Part shown: one piece after another, positions 59,321-64,000 of the stretch | Position numbering within the stretch: the stretch's first letter is position 1 | Layout: each line of letters opens with the position of its first letter | Assembly: GCF_030144855.1 (NCBI RefSeq) | Contig: NC_082722.1 | Span: 20,708,001 to 20,772,000 of the forward strand | DNA from: Hypanus sabinus | Lineage: Eukaryota | Direction: 5' to 3' | Length of the DNA: 64,000 bases | Notes under the pieces: model-generated | The model's database searches: none | What the model saw: only the letters and a program-made list of their open reading frames with translations | What the model was told of the DNA's origin: nothing | Translations under genes and position numbers: made by a program

Positions 59321-62300
59321 GTCACGTACCCCGTAACTGGGTGTCTAACCAGCAGAGAAAGAAGAATCCGTTGGAGTCTGGTAGTACTATATTCAAAAGT
59401 GTTTATTAGTAAAATAAGCAAATCAATACCATTAATGCAAATACATAGATAACACAAGTTAGCAATAATAAATATAAAAGTGTATGAATAACACTAAGCA
59501 ATAATAAACAATCTCTATCGATGTCAAGGGGTAAATGAATTGTCGTAGAATATAAAGTTCAGTTCAGTTCATGAGTGCTGAGGTAGATGTTGGTTATGGT
59601 GTTGTGATCGTTGGAGAGAGAGAGAGAGAGAGCGAGCGATAAGTTACAGCTGCAGCAGTCAAACCTTCCTTTGCGTTCTTGAACCGTCGTGTCGCTGTGG
59701 CCATTCAGTTATGACCACTTTTTCCTTCAGCTGCACCGTACTTCTGTGGTGGACTCGTCACTCTGGCATGAGTGGACACACAGACAAGTCCCCACCAGCC
59801 CTGCTATAACACTGTGAGTTTAACTGACAGATCTCCTTGTTCGGTCCCCGACGCCGCACAACTTCCCGTGGATTCCAACACTCAATCAGTGTCCATTAGT
59901 ATGTCTCCTGGTGTGTCTGAAGGGTGCCTCTCCGGACCTGAATTTTATCCCTACTCACGGGGTCTCAGCTATCAATCAATTTTGAATGACTGTGTCCACT
60001 CCGGCTGTCCACTGAGGAATGTTAATGAACAGAATGGTATAAGATAAATAACACTCTCAGAAGTCATAATACGGTGAATCAAAGTCTCGCTCCCCTCTCT
60101 TATCTGTAGCAGATGTTCTTGCATGTTTTCTTTTTCATCTCTCTCTCTCTCATGAGCAGCATAGCAACAGTAACGGTTTGTGATTCTCCGGGTGTTGGGG
60201 AATATGGGCAACTCTGCACTCCTTTGTCCATCAGAACTGTTCATCCTTCATGATACCCCCATCCTTCTGGGAATTTTCACCAAAGTGAAAATTAAAAAAT
60301 ACAGCATCTAACAGAATTACAGAGTTTAACAAAATACAGAAGTGGTCTTAACTACAAAAATAATACCAATACATTTTCAACTTTACATCTAGATAAACAG
60401 TCAGCAATTGCATTATCACTTCCCTTAATATGTTGTATTTTAATATCAAATTCCTGTAGCATCAGACTCCAACTTAGCAACCTCCTATTTTATTCTTTCA
60501 TGTTAGCCAAAAATACCAAGGGGTTGTGATCAGTATAAACAATTAATGGTATCTGTGCTGAACAAATGTAGACCTCAAAATGCTGTATCGCCAAGATAAG
60601 TGCTAACAATTCTTTTTCCACAGTAGAGTAATTTCTCTGATGCACATTGAACTTTCGAGAGAAATACCCTACTGGGTGTTCCACTCTATCCCCTGCTTTT
60701 TGCAATAGGACTTCCGCTGCAGCCTCATCACTTGTATCAGTCACCAGGGAGAAAGGTTTAAAAAGGTCAGGTGCTTTTAGCACAGGGTGATGGCACAGTA
60801 TGGTTTTCAACTTCTCAAAAGCTTCCTGAGAAGAATTGCTCCACTCAAATTTTTCATCCTTCCATAGGAGTTTTGTAAGCGGGTGGGCAATATCCGCAAA
60901 GATCTAACAAAATTTTCGATAGTACCCCACCATGCCCAAAAACCTCCTGAGTGTCCTCTTATTTGTTGGGTCAGGAACCTCGGAAATAGCCTGTACTTTA
61001 GCCTGCACAGGAGCCAACTGCCCCTGTACTACCACATACCCCAAGTACGTGATCGTGGCAGGATCAAATTCACTCTTTGTGAGGTTCACTGTAGAATGGG
61101 CTGCAGACATTCTTTTAAACAGCTTCTCTACAGCCTCAAGGTGCTCATTTCATGTGTCACTCCAAACCACTACATCGTCAATGTAAGTCTTTGTATTTGG
61201 TAACCCTCTAATCACTGCATCGATCATTCTCTGAAATGTCCCTGGGGCATTTTTCATTCCAAACGGCAACACATTGTATTAATAGAACCCGGATGGGGTG
61301 ACAATGGCTGAGATTTCTCGAGCCCTGTCCGTTAAAGGAACGCACCAGTATCCCTTTACCAGATCAATCTTAGTGATGTATCTCGCTTTACACATTTTAT
61401 CAATACAATCGTCCACGCTAGGGATAAGGTAAGCATCAGTTTGTGTGACAGCTTTCACCTTTCTTTAATCCGTACAGAATCTTATGGTACCGTCCGGCTT
61501 TGGTACGACCACGCATGGAGATGTCCATGCAGAAGCAGATTCACGAATAATACCAGCAGCTAGCATATGTTCAATTTCTTTTTCCACTAGCTTGCTCTTT
61601 CCCAAATTCATCCGATAAGGGATTTGTTTAATAGGCTGGATTGAGGTAACAGCAACATCATGCTCTGTTCCTTTACACCTCCTTGGAACATCTGGGCATA
61701 AATGTACATGCCGTTTAATGAGCTGTGTCAGCTGCCCTCTTTGTTCAGGCTCTAAATGACTGACTTTATTAGCAAGGTTGGCTAAAATAACAAAATTCTC
61801 TAGTCTGGTGGGTAGTATGCTTATCTTTTCAAAACGCTCAGGTACCTTCTTAATATTCCTTTCTGCCTCGTCGGTTTTCGTCACCGCACAGACGGGGTCG
61901 ATTCATGATAACCTTTCAGCATCTTTACGTGAACCAACTGGCTCGGCTTTCGTCTATCAGGTGTTTCGATTACATAATTCAGTGAGTCTATTTTCTTAAT
62001 CACTTTGTACGGTCCTTGAAACCTTGCCTGTAGGGGGTTGGTAACTACAGGGAACAGGACCAAAACCTTATCGCTCAAGTCAAATTCTTGCTCTCGGGCT
62101 CGTTTATCATACCATTGTTTCATTTTAAACTGGGAGTCTTTAAGATTTTGCTTTGCCAGGTCGCATGCTTTCTGGAGTCTTTCCCGGAATTTCAAAACGT
62201 TGTTAATCACATTGACTTGAACGTTCGGGCTAGACCATTTCTCTTTAAGCAAGGGTAAAAATCCTCTGGGCCTGTTACCAAAAACGAGCTCAAATGGACT

Positions 62301-64000
62301 GAACGCAGAGATTCCTGAACCGTATCCCTCACTGCAAATAACAGAAGTGGTAATGCATCATCACAGTCTCGAGTGTTTTCCTGACAGTAAGTTTTAATGG
62401 TCTATAAAGTCACGTGGAAACTTTGCAACGCTCCTTGGGATTCCGCATGGTATGCAAAGGATAAAATTTGTTTAACTCCCATCTGTGTTAACATTTGCTG
62501 AAATGCACGGGACGTAAATGTACTCCCCTGATCTGATAGTATCTCCTTAGGTAACCCTACCGTGGTGAAAAATTTAATGAGTGCCTTTAGCACCACAGGG
62601 GTCCTAATGTTTCCCAGTGGGACAGCCTCTGGGAATGGAGTAGCAGCACGCATCATAGTCATGACGTACTCTCGCCCACTCGCAGTGCTAGGCAAAAGAC
62701 CCACAAAATCCACAATGATTCGGGAAAAAGGCTCCTCAAAAGCTGGTATCGTTCTGAGAGTTGCCTTAGGGATGACCCGATTTGGCTTTCCTACCACCTG
62801 ACAAGTATGGCAACTTTTCCTTCCTCTTATTTGGCCAATAAAAATCTTTCATAACTCTATCCACTTTCTTCCTTACTCCGAAACGTCCACCTAGAGGTCC
62901 CTTGTGAGCCAAGTTCAAAATTTCGTTCCGATACACCTTCGGAACTACCACCTGATGTACCACCGCCCAGTCCTCATCGACTGACACCGTGGTCGGCCTC
63001 CACTTCCTCATTAACACTCCCTCCTTCAGGTAGTAGCCCTTTGGTTCTTTATCTATCTCTTTCTCAGAAAATAAAACTGTCTCTCCCAATGCCACAAGCT
63101 CCTCATCACGTCTCTGCTCGTTTATAAATTCCCGCCTTACTAAGGATAGGTCTACCTCCTCTCCTTTACTCTCTTTCACCTCACTATTCTCCGTTTTACC
63201 ATCCCCTAACCCCTCTTGGTACAGGGTCGGTAAAAACGTCTCAGCCAAATGAACACTGGACTCATTTAAACTGGCTTCTTTCTCAGCCGCCTTTATCGAT
63301 ATGCTGCGAGTGATTGCGCATGCGGGATAGATCTAAGAATCCAGGGGCGAGTCCTCAGCACTCACAGGCTTGCTTGTTCATTTCACTGCTGAATTCAGGC
63401 CACCACCTGCTAAATCGTTACCGAGAAGGACGTCCACGCCGTCTCTCGGTATTCCTCACCGCACCCCTACTTCGACTGGTCCAGATACCAGGTCACATTT
63501 TAAAATGATCCCGTGCAAAGGTACAGCTTCTGTCCCTTTTCCTATGCCTCTTAACAGAACCTCTCCAATCTCACGACCAAAATCCAGCACCTTCCTTAGG
63601 ATCAATGACTGATCATCCCCTGTATCCCTCCAGATCCTCACTGGAACTGGCGTTTCTCCTTCTTTCACAGACACCATCCCTTCCGAAATACATTTCTCAC
63701 GCCCCTCTTGGGCTTTATCCGCTTTTGCCTTCCTCATCGATCTACTGACCGACTCAATGCAACCAGACGCTATTGCTGTTTTCCCTTTCCCTGTCTCCTT
63801 CTTCGGAGCAAAACATTTAGATGCGACATGACCAACTTTCCCGCAATTATAACAAGTAAAGCTAGGAACCTTTCATCCAGCCTGATTTTCCTCTTCCTTA
63901 CCTTTTCCACGAGCTCCCGGCTTATTCTCTGCCTTAGACGGTGGGCTTTCTCTACCGTCTCTACTACCTTTCTGGCAACTCTTATTTGAGGAAAACTTTG
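59320..64000 (-). mobile_element. Decayed Gmr1-clade Gypsy element (gag CCHC - PR - INT - RT - RH - 3' LTR 59320-60255), continuing beyond the window
   Basis: CYNCGKVGHVASKC at about 63820-63865, WRDTG protease, integrase 61881-63248, RT YIDD at about 61175-61186, RNase H TDTS...EKELLA 60490-60810, PPT gaaggatggggg. Confidence 0.93.

Noticed and set aside
1-64000. CRISPR arrays, rRNA or prokaryotic operons
   Set aside because: None seen; the window is eukaryotic intron-exon DNA, and most short ORFs in the track are antisense to or fragments of retroelements

Overview
Vertebrate genomic DNA, most likely a cartilaginous fish. That is an inference from the repeat mix of CR1 LINEs with an esterase ORF1, Penelope-type tails, tRNA-derived SINEs, Rex1, RTE and L1/Tx1. 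Most of the window is decayed mobile DNA: CR1, Rex1/Babar, RTE/BovB-like, L1/Tx1, Tc1 and Penelope pieces, SINEs, and three Gmr1-type Gypsy LTR elements. There are two assembly gaps (18051-18250, 27912-28121). Among the repeats is what appears to be an immunoglobulin-superfamily receptor cluster. One apparently intact + strand gene has a clean phase-1 exon chain: leader 41744-41798, V domain with germline-joined J-like strand 42001-42306, C1 domain 46102-46395, TM 46990-47088 with an Asp in the TM. A RUNX/CRE/Forkhead/ETS motif cluster lies just upstream of it. On the - strand there are further candidate or decayed exons: a V-TM pseudogene (34275-34934), an Arg-containing TCR-alpha-like TM exon (29303-29535), an ITIM-bearing tail exon (28264-28472), a leader (31110-31166) and a decayed V (343-590). 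Inverted paralogous blocks (13.0-22.1 kb vs 36.5-41.3 kb; 11.4-12.5 kb vs 58.4-59.3 kb) point to local duplication. All alignments and translations were done by eye, and repeat boundaries are approximate unless exact termini are quoted.
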